64,000 bases of DNA from Chrysonvirus as5 (Duplodnaviria; Heunggongvirae; Uroviricota; Caudoviricetes; Straboviridae): positions 43,172 to 107,171 of the IMG/VR virus record IMGVR_UViG_650627007_000001; one strand, given 5' to 3'. Below, one piece after another: positions 8,378 to 17,194 of this stretch. The position numbers were made by a program, and so were the translations under genes. Within the stretch, counting starts at the first letter, position 1. Every line of letters starts with the position of its first letter. Below the pieces are notes generated by a model. The model worked only from the letters and a program-made list of their open reading frames with translations, had not been told where the DNA came from and made no database searches.

Positions 8378-9430
8378 TTAAATGCCTGTGAAATACTGAA
8401 TGATTTCATAATGATCATCAAAGAAGTTGTGACGATTGCGGCGTACCATGTGCATTGGCATCCAGAATACATCGCGAACTTCATCGCGCGGCTTAACCGC
8501 TGGCAGTTTACCATCAGCATCGGGTTGCAGTTCGATATACAGAGCCAGAGTCGGTTTGCAGATCGGATAGCTACGTCCCGGATAGTCGAAAATCTTCTCT
8601 TTCTTGACCGAACCACGAATTACGCGCTCCGGCACTTTAAGACGTACTTCCTCGCGCAGTTCGCGAATCGCACATTCTTTATAGGTCTCGTCTTCATTCT
8701 TGTGACCACCAGGCAGTGCATACGCACCCAAACCAGGAAGATTACCACGAATTGTAACGAGCAGGTGACCATTGCAAGTAACGACGGCATCACCAGTAGA
8801 GCAGTTCAGAGCCTCACGATATGGATACGCTTCCATCTTCTTGAGTTCTTTTTTGTTGTGCTGATGTTCTTTAGCCAGTCGATTGTATTCTTCTGCTTTC
8901 TTGACTTTGTAGGATTTCAGCCAAGCAATCACACCCGGAGTAACGATCTCGCTGTGCAGACTTTCAAAGTCAAATGCAGGATCAAAGAAAGAATCACGGA
9001 TGAAAGTTGCACTGATCGGCTTACCGTTGTGCATCTGACATTCGATCTCAGTCAGTTCCCAGCCAAAAGTCTCCAGCCACCAACTGTTCTTGTCTTTCTT
9101 GTTACCAACCATGGTGATCTTGTCGCCCATTTGTTCGTCTACCGCGTCGCGGATATCAGCTTGCCAACGTTCGTTGGTGTAATTGCTGTCATCCACATAA
9201 CGGAAGTATACATCGTTCGGATTCAGACCGTAGTCTTTCATCGCGACACGAAGCATTGCCTCACGTTCAGCAGGACGGAATGGGTTTTTCATATTCGGAA
9301 ACGCATTCGCAGAACCCAGGATGATGTATACCTTTTGTGCAACGCTCATTGCAACGCGAATCATTTCCAGATGGCCGATGTGGTTGATTTGATACCGACC
9401 GTTTACTACAGCTTTGTCATACATTTTCAT
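8378..9430 (-). CDS. nadM: bifunctional NMN adenylyltransferase / ADP-ribose Nudix hydrolase (NadM-NudIX, NatV-like)
   Basis: GRYQINHIGH (HxGH) NTase motif, NPF motif, Nudix box GG...ECAIRELREE. Confidence 0.92.
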   Translation of the reverse strand: MKMYDKAVVNGRYQINHIGHLEMIRVAMSVAQKVYIILGSANAFPNMKNPFRPAEREAMLRVAMKDYGLNPNDVYFRYVDDSNYTNERWQADIRDAVDEQMGDKITMVGNKKDKNSWWLETFGWELTEIECQMHNGKPISATFIRDSFFDPAFDFESLHSEIVTPGVIAWLKSYKVKKAEEYNRLAKEHQHNKKELKKMEAYPYREALNCSTGDAVVTCNGHLLVTIRGNLPGLGAYALPGGHKNEDETYKECAIRELREEVRLKVPERVIRGSVKKEKIFDYPGRSYPICKPTLALYIELQPDADGKLPAVKPRDEVRDVFWMPMHMVRRNRHNFFDDHYEIIQYFTGI

Positions 9431-9515
9431 TTTACCAAAACTCCTTTGGACGCCACACTCAGAGCGGTGGCTTAACTCATGTGAACTATTATACAGATTT
9501 GAATTCAGAAATCAA

Positions 9516-10025
9516 CTATTTTTTCATCCGCTTCAACAGTTTTATTTGTGTCTCGTTGTACGCCTCGAAATAAACGTGATAGTTAACTCGTCCCAAGTCA
9601 TCTTGCAACAAGGTAAACGTCATCGATTCATGACTAAGCGACTTATCGCGAAGTCCCATCAACGGTGGTGTGTGGTTTTTCAGATAGGATTTAACCCACT
9701 GATCATTCGGCAGATTTCTCCATACCAGACACACAAAATCCATGTGCGCAGCGAATACGCCAGCAGCCTTCATTACGTATTCTGGCTTAATGTTCTTTGC
9801 GAAGTGATAACACACCGCCAATTCACGCCAAGCAGATCGCATTTCAGATAGAGTTTGATTCGAAAGTGAATACATCGGCTCAAACGACTGCATGATCTGC
9901 CGTTCTACCTTGTCTTTCATCCCTGGTTCTATGATCAGCAGCGGTGGGTAAATGGAACTGAACTCAGCGATTTCACCGTATCCCGATGTAAGCAACTTGG
10001 TATCGTGAAGCATGTTGGCTCCCAA
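9516..10025 (-). CDS. hypothetical protein
   Basis: 169 aa ORF. Confidence 0.7.
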   Translation of the reverse strand: MGANMLHDTKLLTSGYGEIAEFSSIYPPLLIIEPGMKDKVERQIMQSFEPMYSLSNQTLSEMRSAWRELAVCYHFAKNIKPEYVMKAAGVFAAHMDFVCLVWRNLPNDQWVKSYLKNHTPPLMGLRDKSLSHESMTFTLLQDDLGRVNYHVYFEAYNETQIKLLKRMKK

Positions 10026-10168
10026 ATGTTAAATTGTAAGATTGTTGTTGTCAGGTTCAAAACTGGGATCCGCACCATATGAGCGCCGGATTCGCATAAC
10101 TGAATATAACTGGCAGTGTATACGGAACCGTTCCATATCACAACTACCAATTCGTTTTCTTCGAACAT
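9935..10168 (-). CDS. hypothetical protein
   Basis: TAATG coupling to upstream ORF; long 3' overlap with next ORF. Confidence 0.5.
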   Translation of the reverse strand: MFEENELVVVIWNGSVYTASYIQLCESGAHMVRIPVLNLTTTILQFNIWEPTCFTIPSCLHRDTVKSLSSVPFTHRC

Positions 10169-10362
10169 TATTTCACTTCCACCCAATAATAGCTAGATGC
10201 GAATGTGTTGGTCTTCGGTACTTCTACTGTCTTACCATCTACAGTTGCCGTGATTGTGTCTCCGTTATCTCTCACTATCACAGCACGATAGCTGTATCCG
10301 CTGATCAAAACTTGACAGGGACGACCGACAACATATTCTGGTAGCCCATATTTCAGACTCAT
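10168..10362 (-). CDS. hypothetical small beta-rich protein
   Basis: 64 aa, coupled. Confidence 0.65.
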   Translation of the reverse strand: MSLKYGLPEYVVGRPCQVLISGYSYRAVIVRDNGDTITATVDGKTVEVPKTNTFASSYYWVEVK

Positions 10363-10628
10363 TTCAAACCCTCACAAAAAGTTGTGACACGATCAAACTC
10401 GGTATAATCCCGAAACGGATTGGACATGAAATAAAGCGTCCGAAGAGAGACCGAGTTATGCAGCTCACACAGCTTTGGATATTCGTCATAAACGAAAATG
10501 TTTTTCTCCATGCGCTGCATAACAGTTTCGAGATCTGTTCTAATTGCTTGTGCCGCAACAAAACCACTACTGATTAAGCTAAGTGCCGCAATGATAGATG
10601 CTTTGATAATCACAGATATTTCTCGCAT
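10359..10628 (-). CDS. hypothetical protein with N-terminal signal/TM
   Basis: hydrophobic N-terminus. Confidence 0.65.
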   Translation of the reverse strand: MREISVIIKASIIAALSLISSGFVAAQAIRTDLETVMQRMEKNIFVYDEYPKLCELHNSVSLRTLYFMSNPFRDYTEFDRVTTFCEGLK

Positions 10629-10966
10629 TCGTTAAAGTATTTCATGGAAGAATTTAGTTCGATTGCGTATACCCGCTTTGATTCCAGATTCTTACACGAT
10701 TGGGTCAATTGTGCAAGACGGAATCCTTTGGATTCGCTGGCTTTACTGATCAACTCCATACTTGGATTACTAGCTCGTTTCAGTATTTCCAATGTCAGAT
10801 TATCATTTTCTACCATTGTCATGTATAACCTGACGTCTTGTTGTGCCGTCTCAACTTCGAGTGTCCAATTATTTTGACGCTTCCAGTGAGCAATGGAAAT
10901 TAGAGCGGAAAACATACACACGGTAATGACTGCCATTGCGATTAAGTATGCCTTTTGATGTTTCAC
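10610..10966 (-). CDS. hypothetical membrane-anchored coiled-coil protein
   Basis: GTGA coupling at 10963-10966; N-terminal TM. Confidence 0.65.
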   Translation of the reverse strand: MKHQKAYLIAMAVITVCMFSALISIAHWKRQNNWTLEVETAQQDVRLYMTMVENDNLTLEILKRASNPSMELISKASESKGFRLAQLTQSCKNLESKRVYAIELNSSMKYFNECEKYL

Positions 10967-11388
10967 AGGAAAACCCCTTGTTCGCCACAAATGTTATGAA
11001 CTGCTTGCAGTTTGATTTGTTCCTCTGAACCATATTGCAAGTCATCAACTGACTGTCGTTGTTCATACAAATCATATATCTGACAAGCGGCGCGAACTTC
11101 TAATCCTCTAATCGAAATCAAGCTATCATTTGCGCGTTTTATGGTAGGAAGAATATCGCTACCTCTCAGATCTAATTCCTCTTGTTGATACTGAATCTTT
11201 TTATCAACTAAATCGGCATATTCGTCGATTACGTCCTGTACCAGTTTGTCTTCGTATTCGCTTAATTGCTTCGGTTTTACTACAAAAGGACCTTCGATGA
11301 TTTTAACTGGTGTAACGCTGTTCATGCCCAGAACGAAAGAACCTGTACTGATTACGGCACCTAAAATCAAAGCTTGATATCGTTTCAT
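10963..11388 (-). CDS. hypothetical membrane-anchored protein
   Basis: N-terminal hydrophobic segment. Confidence 0.7.
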   Translation of the reverse strand: MKRYQALILGAVISTGSFVLGMNSVTPVKIIEGPFVVKPKQLSEYEDKLVQDVIDEYADLVDKKIQYQQEELDLRGSDILPTIKRANDSLISIRGLEVRAACQIYDLYEQRQSVDDLQYGSEEQIKLQAVHNICGEQGVFL

Positions 11389-11660
11389 TTTACCAACTCC
11401 GGTTTGACTGTAGAGAAGTTCAGAACACCTTGACCGTATCCGTTATCTTCGGTCATCACTTCTTTCATATAAAGAGGAAATTCGTGTTCTTCGTAATCCC
11501 GATCCATAAACAACCAACGACCGAAATTGTATTGTTCGCAAAACTTGGTAAATTCTTCTTTATTGGAAATCAGAGTGTAACCAATCTTGATCATAAATTC
11601 GTGCATGATGTCTTCCTCATTTTGTTGTTGGCATATTATCATGCCCACATACTCAGTCAA
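11385..11660 (-). CDS. hypothetical protein
   Basis: 91 aa ORF in operon. Confidence 0.65.
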   Translation of the reverse strand: MTEYVGMIICQQQNEEDIMHEFMIKIGYTLISNKEEFTKFCEQYNFGRWLFMDRDYEEHEFPLYMKEVMTEDNGYGQGVLNFSTVKPELVK

Positions 11661-12020
11661 TCACTTTTTGAAAGTAATTTCGGTGCCGTTATCGCACAGA
11701 ACGGTGATTTCGTTGTTGCTGATGATCTGAACTACTTTGAATTTCTGAGTGTTGAACTTGCGATCCATCACGTTGAAGCTAGTTTTGTAACCATACTTCT
11801 TGCCGAGTTCAACCGGAGTTTTACCAAACAGCTTTTTGTAAATCTCGTATTCGCTGCTGTGAGAGATTACAGCGACTTGGCCCTTGGAGTCCAACAGCAT
11901 ATAAGACGGCATAACAAATTGCTGGGTGTTGTTGTGAATGTGAAAACCCAGGCGTTTAGCAGCTTCCAATTCTTTCAGAGTTTGCAGGCCTTTGGCGATT
12001 GTTACGTCTTGCTTAGTCAT
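11661..12020 (-). CDS. hypothetical protein
   Basis: 119 aa ORF downstream of promoter cassette. Confidence 0.75.
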   Translation of the reverse strand: MTKQDVTIAKGLQTLKELEAAKRLGFHIHNNTQQFVMPSYMLLDSKGQVAVISHSSEYEIYKKLFGKTPVELGKKYGYKTSFNVMDRKFNTQKFKVVQIISNNEITVLCDNGTEITFKK

Positions 12021-12029
12021 GATGTTTTC

Positions 12030-12118
12030 TCAGTGTTTCGTTTCGATGTGGCTATAATAACAGGCTCATGTCTCGATGCAAGCACTTTTGAAAAAAAAAA
12101 TCCCGCCGAAGCGGGATT
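12030..12118 (-). repeat. terminator + early promoter + leader cassette, copy 1
   Basis: direct repeat of 17103-17189; differs mainly in promoter spacer; TTGCAT-16-TATTAT. Confidence 0.85.
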
Positions 12119-12123
12119 CTTGA

Positions 12124-12687
12124 TTAACGGAGTTTGATAGTCTTGGCTTCACCGGTTTCGAAAGCTTCGTTGGTTTCTTTGTCAAGAACAATCTTACACA
12201 GAGAATCAACGTCTTTCTTTGGGAAACCCGCGAGTCGAGACATAAAGCCAGACATCACGAAGTTACGTTGGTTTTCATAGCCACCACAAACATCCAGCTT
12301 CTTATCTTGGCTCAGTTTGAACTCATTGCGACCAGCTTCCATAGCAACTTGCAGACTCTTATACATGCTGGAATCGAACGGCAGATTATTTTCAGTCATG
12401 AACTGAGTAACAGCCTTTGACCCGTCTTTACCGTAGCGACCCTGGAAAGTTGCGTCGATTACTTTTTTCAGATCTGCGGTATACATTTCTGGAATCTGTG
12501 CCATATCACGAATCTTGAGAGTATACGCGCTCAGAGTGTTCTGGCTCGCTTTGTGGAACTTCTCGATATTCGTTTCGAACTGAGTATTGGTATTCGAGGT
12601 ACTGACGTACATCCCAACAAAGCCCAGTACAGGAACAACAATCAGACCGATAACCAGAACCAGAACAGCAATCAGAGTTTTATTCAT
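12124..12687 (-). CDS. LemA-like membrane-anchored protein
   Basis: N-terminal TM, helical body, C-terminal Y.N.R..V.SGFMSRLAGFP resembling LemA YN...fP...A...gF; AAGGA SD before 12687. Confidence 0.55.
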   Translation of the reverse strand: MNKTLIAVLVLVIGLIVVPVLGFVGMYVSTSNTNTQFETNIEKFHKASQNTLSAYTLKIRDMAQIPEMYTADLKKVIDATFQGRYGKDGSKAVTQFMTENNLPFDSSMYKSLQVAMEAGRNEFKLSQDKKLDVCGGYENQRNFVMSGFMSRLAGFPKKDVDSLCKIVLDKETNEAFETGEAKTIKLR

Positions 12688-12748
12688 TTTCATTTCCTTT
12701 AACATCATTGAGAATATAACCAGAGACCAACCAATTTTGTCAATCATT

Positions 12749-13810
12749 TTAATCTCTGGAGAAGAAGTAACCAACAGCGATAGACGACCCGATACCCATC
12801 ACAAGAGCGAGAATCACTACCCACAAGGGAGGTTCGCTTTGATCTTTCAGATATTCAAACTGTTCCATCGGCAGACGGTTGTATTTGTTTGCGATAATAC
12901 TAACATTCTGTTTCAGCAAGTCAAGCGATATTTCTTTATCAACCGACTCATTTCGCAGAGTAATATGGAGTTCTTGGTTACCCATCCCATTGCCCAAACT
13001 TGTGCTCTGGAACCATGCTACTTTGTTAGTGCCTTTTTCGATGCCAAACGCCATAACGACATCATTTTTCTTACCACCGGCCCAATTATAGAACAGTGCT
13101 TGAGAGAATTCAAGTGGTTCATTGGTCAAAACGGCAATAATATTCAACTGCTTATCTTTGCCCAAAGACTTCAATGCCTCAGACAGATACATATTCCAAT
13201 CTTTGGTATTCGCTCCGGTGAGATTGATTACACGATTAACGTTATAGTAATCATACACTTCTGGATATTTCGGAATCTTGTTCTTATACGCTTCAATCAA
13301 ATTCTTGTCGTGCGCAAACAGAGAATCTGGTGCCGCTTTGATGTAGTTGGTATATCCGTGTTCACGCGCTGCTGGATCACCGATTACGACTTTCGAAAAA
13401 CGTGGTGGCTCAAGAGTGCCACGACGGTCGATTCGATCAATCTCAAAGTTACCTACCGTAGTGTGTACGTCCCAATCCCAGTCGTTTGAGTGTTCATAAC
13501 AAGTATCGCATTGGCGAGTTGTAGAGCAGGACCGATTTTTACCAGATCCGGAACAAGTTCGAACTTGGCGACACCGGCAATCATAACTATGCGAACAGCT
13601 AACCCATGTGCGCTCTTTGGATGTCACGTACCCACTCAAGATCTCGGTATCGTACATCGCTCGATATGCACCCATTCCATAAACTAATCCAGTCAACGCC
13701 ACAGCGATGGCCGCGTTGGCAGCCATTTCGCCATAGGTATACGTGCGCTTGAACCAGAATTTGTATATGAACGGTACAAGCAGTGGTACGATCAAAATCA
13801 GGTAGAACAT
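12749..13810 (-). CDS. membrane protein with Cys-rich insert and TPM-like domain
   Basis: 2 N-terminal TMs, 1 C-terminal TM, CxCxC..C segment, WAGGKKNDVVMAFG similar to TPM W.G.k..nGvl motif. Confidence 0.55.
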   Translation of the reverse strand: MFYLILIVPLLVPFIYKFWFKRTYTYGEMAANAAIAVALTGLVYGMGAYRAMYDTEILSGYVTSKERTWVSCSHSYDCRCRQVRTCSGSGKNRSCSTTRQCDTCYEHSNDWDWDVHTTVGNFEIDRIDRRGTLEPPRFSKVVIGDPAAREHGYTNYIKAAPDSLFAHDKNLIEAYKNKIPKYPEVYDYYNVNRVINLTGANTKDWNMYLSEALKSLGKDKQLNIIAVLTNEPLEFSQALFYNWAGGKKNDVVMAFGIEKGTNKVAWFQSTSLGNGMGNQELHITLRNESVDKEISLDLLKQNVSIIANKYNRLPMEQFEYLKDQSEPPLWVVILALVMGIGSSIAVGYFFSRD

Positions 13811-13824
13811 GACAATTTCCTCAG

Positions 13825-14880
13825 TTACCGCATTGCGGCTTTGATAGCTTCGATTCGACCAAGCTGGATTGCTTTACCAAGCTCTGGCCCACTGATGCCA
13901 CTATACTGTTCCGACGTTACGCTGTCAAATGCTTTTTCAATCTTTTTAAGCTTTTCTTTTGTGAATCGAAAAACATCGTTCAAATCGACCCAATGGGTAA
14001 GATCGATCAGCTCGAACAACTCCTCACGGAACTTGTCCTTCGTTGCATTCAGCATATGATAAACAATGCTGGAGTAATCGGCATTGTGATCGATTTTCTC
14101 TCCCATAGGGACAAAGAACTTAGCGGCAATCATCGCAAACTTCTTGTAATCGCTCGGAACTTTGGCAACTTTGTAAAACGGTGCCATGTCCGACGCGAGA
14201 GCGACGCTTGCAAATTGCAGCAACGGATCGGCTTGTCTCAGATACCGGAGATTACCATATTCCAGATTGTATCCAAGAGCTTGATCGACACCAGTCACCT
14301 TTGTCAGGAAAATAAATTCGCTGAATTTAGGACCGAATGCTTTTTCGTACTCTTTCCAGATGCGCTCAGTTGTGAGGTGTGCCATTCGTCCATCTTCGAT
14401 GCACCGATCAATGCACTCTATGGTCATTTCAGACAAGCGCATATCATAACGAGCGCCGAAGCGACAAGCGCGAAAAGCTCGCACTGGATCCTCATGAAAT
14501 GCGTGTTCATTCACAACGTTGATAACGCCGGCTTTGATGTCTTTTTGACCACCGTATGGATCAACGACTACGCCGTTAAAATTCAGTGCCATCGCGTTCA
14601 TGGTGAAATCGCGACGTTTCAGATCTTCTTCCAGTGTTACACGTGGGTTAAAGTCGGTAACGAAATCGTTATAGCCTTTACCAGTAGACCGTTCAGTCCG
14701 TGCGAGAGCATACTCCTGACCGAGATCATCGAGATATACAGGGAAATCGGCACCAACTTTCTGATAACCAGCTTCCATCATATCTTCGTGGGTTGCGCCA
14801 ACCACGACATAATCGCGATCTTTAGGCTCGACACCCATTACCATATCTCGAACTGCACCACCTACCAAATAGATATCCAT
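13825..14880 (-). CDS. cca: tRNA nucleotidyltransferase (CCA-adding enzyme, class II)
   Basis: YLVGGAVRD, DRDY, LARTER, DLKRRDFTMNAMA, EDPVR motifs. Confidence 0.93.
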   Translation of the reverse strand: MDIYLVGGAVRDMVMGVEPKDRDYVVVGATHEDMMEAGYQKVGADFPVYLDDLGQEYALARTERSTGKGYNDFVTDFNPRVTLEEDLKRRDFTMNAMALNFNGVVVDPYGGQKDIKAGVINVVNEHAFHEDPVRAFRACRFGARYDMRLSEMTIECIDRCIEDGRMAHLTTERIWKEYEKAFGPKFSEFIFLTKVTGVDQALGYNLEYGNLRYLRQADPLLQFASVALASDMAPFYKVAKVPSDYKKFAMIAAKFFVPMGEKIDHNADYSSIVYHMLNATKDKFREELFELIDLTHWVDLNDVFRFTKEKLKKIEKAFDSVTSEQYSGISGPELGKAIQLGRIEAIKAAMR

Positions 14881-15116
14881 CAGTTTTTCCTCATTTTGTA
14901 GAATTCAGTCAACTTGACCGCCCACTTATCTTCGATGATAAGAGTCGGGTTAGTTTTCATTGGTAGAGTCTGACACATGATAACATAGTTGTCAATGTCT
15001 CTCCTCAGAATATATCGAACATCTTGTTGGAGTGCTGGGTCGTTTATCTTTGCCGACTCGTTGAGATCATATCGCAGCTTATACGCTTCGTCATATGTAA
15101 ACTGAATCATTGCCAA
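14880..15116 (-). CDS. hypothetical, paralog family B
   Basis: MIQFTYDEA...IIEDK. Confidence 0.7.
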   Translation of the reverse strand: MAMIQFTYDEAYKLRYDLNESAKINDPALQQDVRYILRRDIDNYVIMCQTLPMKTNPTLIIEDKWAVKLTEFYKMRKN

Positions 15117-15361
15117 CGTCCTGTTTCCAACATATGCATGATTGCAGAGGCATGATCATCGTCGATTTCGACTGTGCTTGCGGTATCATAGTTGATATCC
15201 AGCATGTCTACCATGTTACAGAACCGTTTCAGTCTGTTATCAACACGTTCGATTGTGAATTGGATCAGACCACCGAGGACTTGAACACTATCCGGGTCTG
15301 CGAGCATACGAAAGATAATCTCACGCATTTTTTCAGCGGCTTTATAGTCTAGACGAATCAT
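15107..15361 (-). CDS. hypothetical, paralog family B
   Basis: MIRLDYKAA...VEIDDD. Confidence 0.7.
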   Translation of the reverse strand: MIRLDYKAAEKMREIIFRMLADPDSVQVLGGLIQFTIERVDNRLKRFCNMVDMLDINYDTASTVEIDDDHASAIMHMLETGRWQ

Positions 15362-15630
15362 TTTGCTTGCTCCAAGAAACGGTATGCATTAAGGATAAAT
15401 GGTACGAACATGTCATCGATGTTAACTCGACTTGTTGAGTCTCCCATCAAAGTTGTGCCCATCTTTTTTGTTAATTCAACAAACGGCTTGAGAACTCGAT
15501 CTGACAACATTCCCATGTGGAAAATTTCATTCGCGGCGTTATTCCACAATGTTGAGCCTTGATTTTCATGCCAGCGAACTTGACCGATTACGTGGATTAT
15601 ACTCTCCGCGTTTTTGATGTCAACTATCAT
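15358..15630 (-). CDS. hypothetical, paralog family B
   Basis: MIVDIKNA...VNIDDM. Confidence 0.7.
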   Translation of the reverse strand: MIVDIKNAESIIHVIGQVRWHENQGSTLWNNAANEIFHMGMLSDRVLKPFVELTKKMGTTLMGDSTSRVNIDDMFVPFILNAYRFLEQAK

Positions 15631-15854
15631 TTCAATACCTCGACAATCAGTTCCAGATCATCTGTGATTATCGGATATGTGCTGTTTGTATCGGTTGTGA
15701 GTTTGCACATACGGATGAAAGAGGATAGCTTAGTTTTCAGCGATTCCATTTTCATTCGATTTTTGTTTTCTAATGTGTCCCATTGTGCTCGACTCATTCC
15801 ACACAGTTTGCTATGGATACTGACGACGACGCCGTAAGATATTTGGACGTACAT
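15627..15854 (-). CDS. hypothetical, possible paralog family B
   Basis: MYVQISY...IITDDL. Confidence 0.65.
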   Translation of the reverse strand: MYVQISYGVVVSIHSKLCGMSRAQWDTLENKNRMKMESLKTKLSSFIRMCKLTTDTNSTYPIITDDLELIVEVLK

Positions 15855-16111
15855 TATGCTGCCTTTTTGTTTTGACGACGGGTTACAGTGCTCGGCTTGG
15901 TGCCAACGAATATCACTTTCTTGGTACCACGCTTGATGCCAGCGAACTTCTTTTCCAGGTCGGCGGCGATTTGAGCTTTAACAGCTTCGCGGCCTTGTTC
16001 TACCCAGCGACCGATGGTACGAGGAGATACATCCATGTCACGGGCGACTTGAGCTTTGGTAACTTGCTTGCGAACTACAGAAACATAAGCTTGGATTTGA
16101 ACGTTTTTCAT
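15854..16111 (-). CDS. helix-turn-helix DNA-binding protein
   Basis: TKAQVARDMDVSPRTIGRWV HTH, basic tail; start at ATG 16111 with GAGG SD. Confidence 0.8.
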   Translation of the reverse strand: MKNVQIQAYVSVVRKQVTKAQVARDMDVSPRTIGRWVEQGREAVKAQIAADLEKKFAGIKRGTKKVIFVGTKPSTVTRRQNKKAA

Positions 16112-16149
16112 GATGTATTCCTCAGTTTTGTTTGGAAGACTGTTTCGTC

Positions 16150-16188
16150 TTGATGTGGTCATAATAACAGGTACTAGGACCACGTCAA
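16150..16188 (-). promoter_or_regulatory. sigma70-like promoter inside 11-bp inverted repeat
   Basis: TTGACG-16-TATTAT; arms TTGACGTGGTC / GACCACATCAA. Confidence 0.75.
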
Positions 16189-16205
16189 CTACTTTTTCAA
16201 ACTTT

Positions 16206-16472
16206 TTAAAAAGAAATTTTCAGATAATCACCGTGTTGATCTCGAACGTCTGCACGATGCACAGAAACATTGTAATCGTGACGCTTGATTTCCATAATCA
16301 ATTCGTGTTCGATGTCTTGTTTAAAATCGTAGAAATAGCACTCACGTTTCCCGCCTACCGACGTCTGTTCGATCAGCTTGCCGACCTTTTTGATTGCTTC
16401 TGTCAGACGAATAGCACGGTCGAATTTCAGATTTTCTCTTGCTTGACTTGCATTGATCATTTTTGTTACCAC
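16206..16472 (-). CDS. hypothetical, paralog family C
   Basis: MINASQAR...GDYLKISF. Confidence 0.7.
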   Translation of the reverse strand: MVTKMINASQARENLKFDRAIRLTEAIKKVGKLIEQTSVGGKRECYFYDFKQDIEHELIMEIKRHDYNVSVHRADVRDQHGDYLKISF

Positions 16473-16735
16473 CCGATTGTCATCACGATAAGATCTCCAT
16501 CACGGGGATCTTGACTTGGTTTATTGTTTGCAGAATAACCATATTCTTTCACGCGGGACGCAACAGCAACCGCATTTGCCATTCCATTAATATAATGGGT
16601 TGTTGTGGTTTTATTAGAACGAATTGCGATCTTGATACGATCCTCAATTTCTTTCATATTCCGTTCTATCATTTCGTGATTGTTGCCAGCTTGTTGAATT
16701 CTGGCTTCATTTGCTGTAATCATGATTTTCTCCAA
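16466..16735 (-). CDS. hypothetical, paralog family C
   Basis: MITANEAR...GDLIVMTIGW. Confidence 0.7.
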   Translation of the reverse strand: MEKIMITANEARIQQAGNNHEMIERNMKEIEDRIKIAIRSNKTTTTHYINGMANAVAVASRVKEYGYSANNKPSQDPRDGDLIVMTIGW

Positions 16736-16762
16736 ATTGAGGGCCGAAGCCCTCGAAAGTTA

Positions 16763-17098
16763 TTAGCCTACGCGGATGATGTCGATACGCAGGATACAAT
16801 CACACACATCAGCACAAACACGAATATCGTTCTTACCAACTCGCAGAGTCATACCGAATTCTTGACCTTCTACCATGTCGTTGAACTTGATTTCTTCGTT
16901 GTTCAGACACAGATTAGCTTTTTCAGAGAAAGGAAACTCGCCTTTCTTGAGAGCTTTCTTTACCAGAGTCTTGACTGATGCACAACCTTTACCAGTACGA
17001 ATCGCAGTTTCGCGACCGTTGTGATCGAAACGCTCACAGTTGCTCAGACCGAAGTACATTGGACGATAACCAGTTGGGCCGTACATGTTCATAATCAT
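16763..17098 (-). CDS. hypothetical protein
   Basis: start moved to ATG 17098 after GAGG SD. Confidence 0.7.
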   Translation of the reverse strand: MIMNMYGPTGYRPMYFGLSNCERFDHNGRETAIRTGKGCASVKTLVKKALKKGEFPFSEKANLCLNNEEIKFNDMVEGQEFGMTLRVGKNDIRVCADVCDCILRIDIIRVG

Positions 17099-17102
17099 TT
17101 CC

Positions 17103-17189
17103 TCAGTGTTTCGTTTCGATGTGGTCATAATAACAGGTAGAAACCAAGACGCAAGCACTTTTGAAAAAAAATCCCGCCGAAGCGGGATT
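17103..17189 (-). repeat. terminator + early promoter + leader cassette, copy 2
   Basis: direct repeat of 12030-12118; TTGCGT-16-TATTAT. Confidence 0.85.
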
Positions 17190-17194
17190 TTTGA

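Noticed and set aside
8411-9475. Long plus-strand ORFs antisense to real genes (e.g. 8411-9475, 13993-14901, 17204-18082, 22210-23262, 47962-48984, 50717-51682, 60156-60926)
   Set aside because: They mirror recognisable minus-strand genes, lack SDs and motifs, and are expected from codon bias that leaves few stops in the antisense frame
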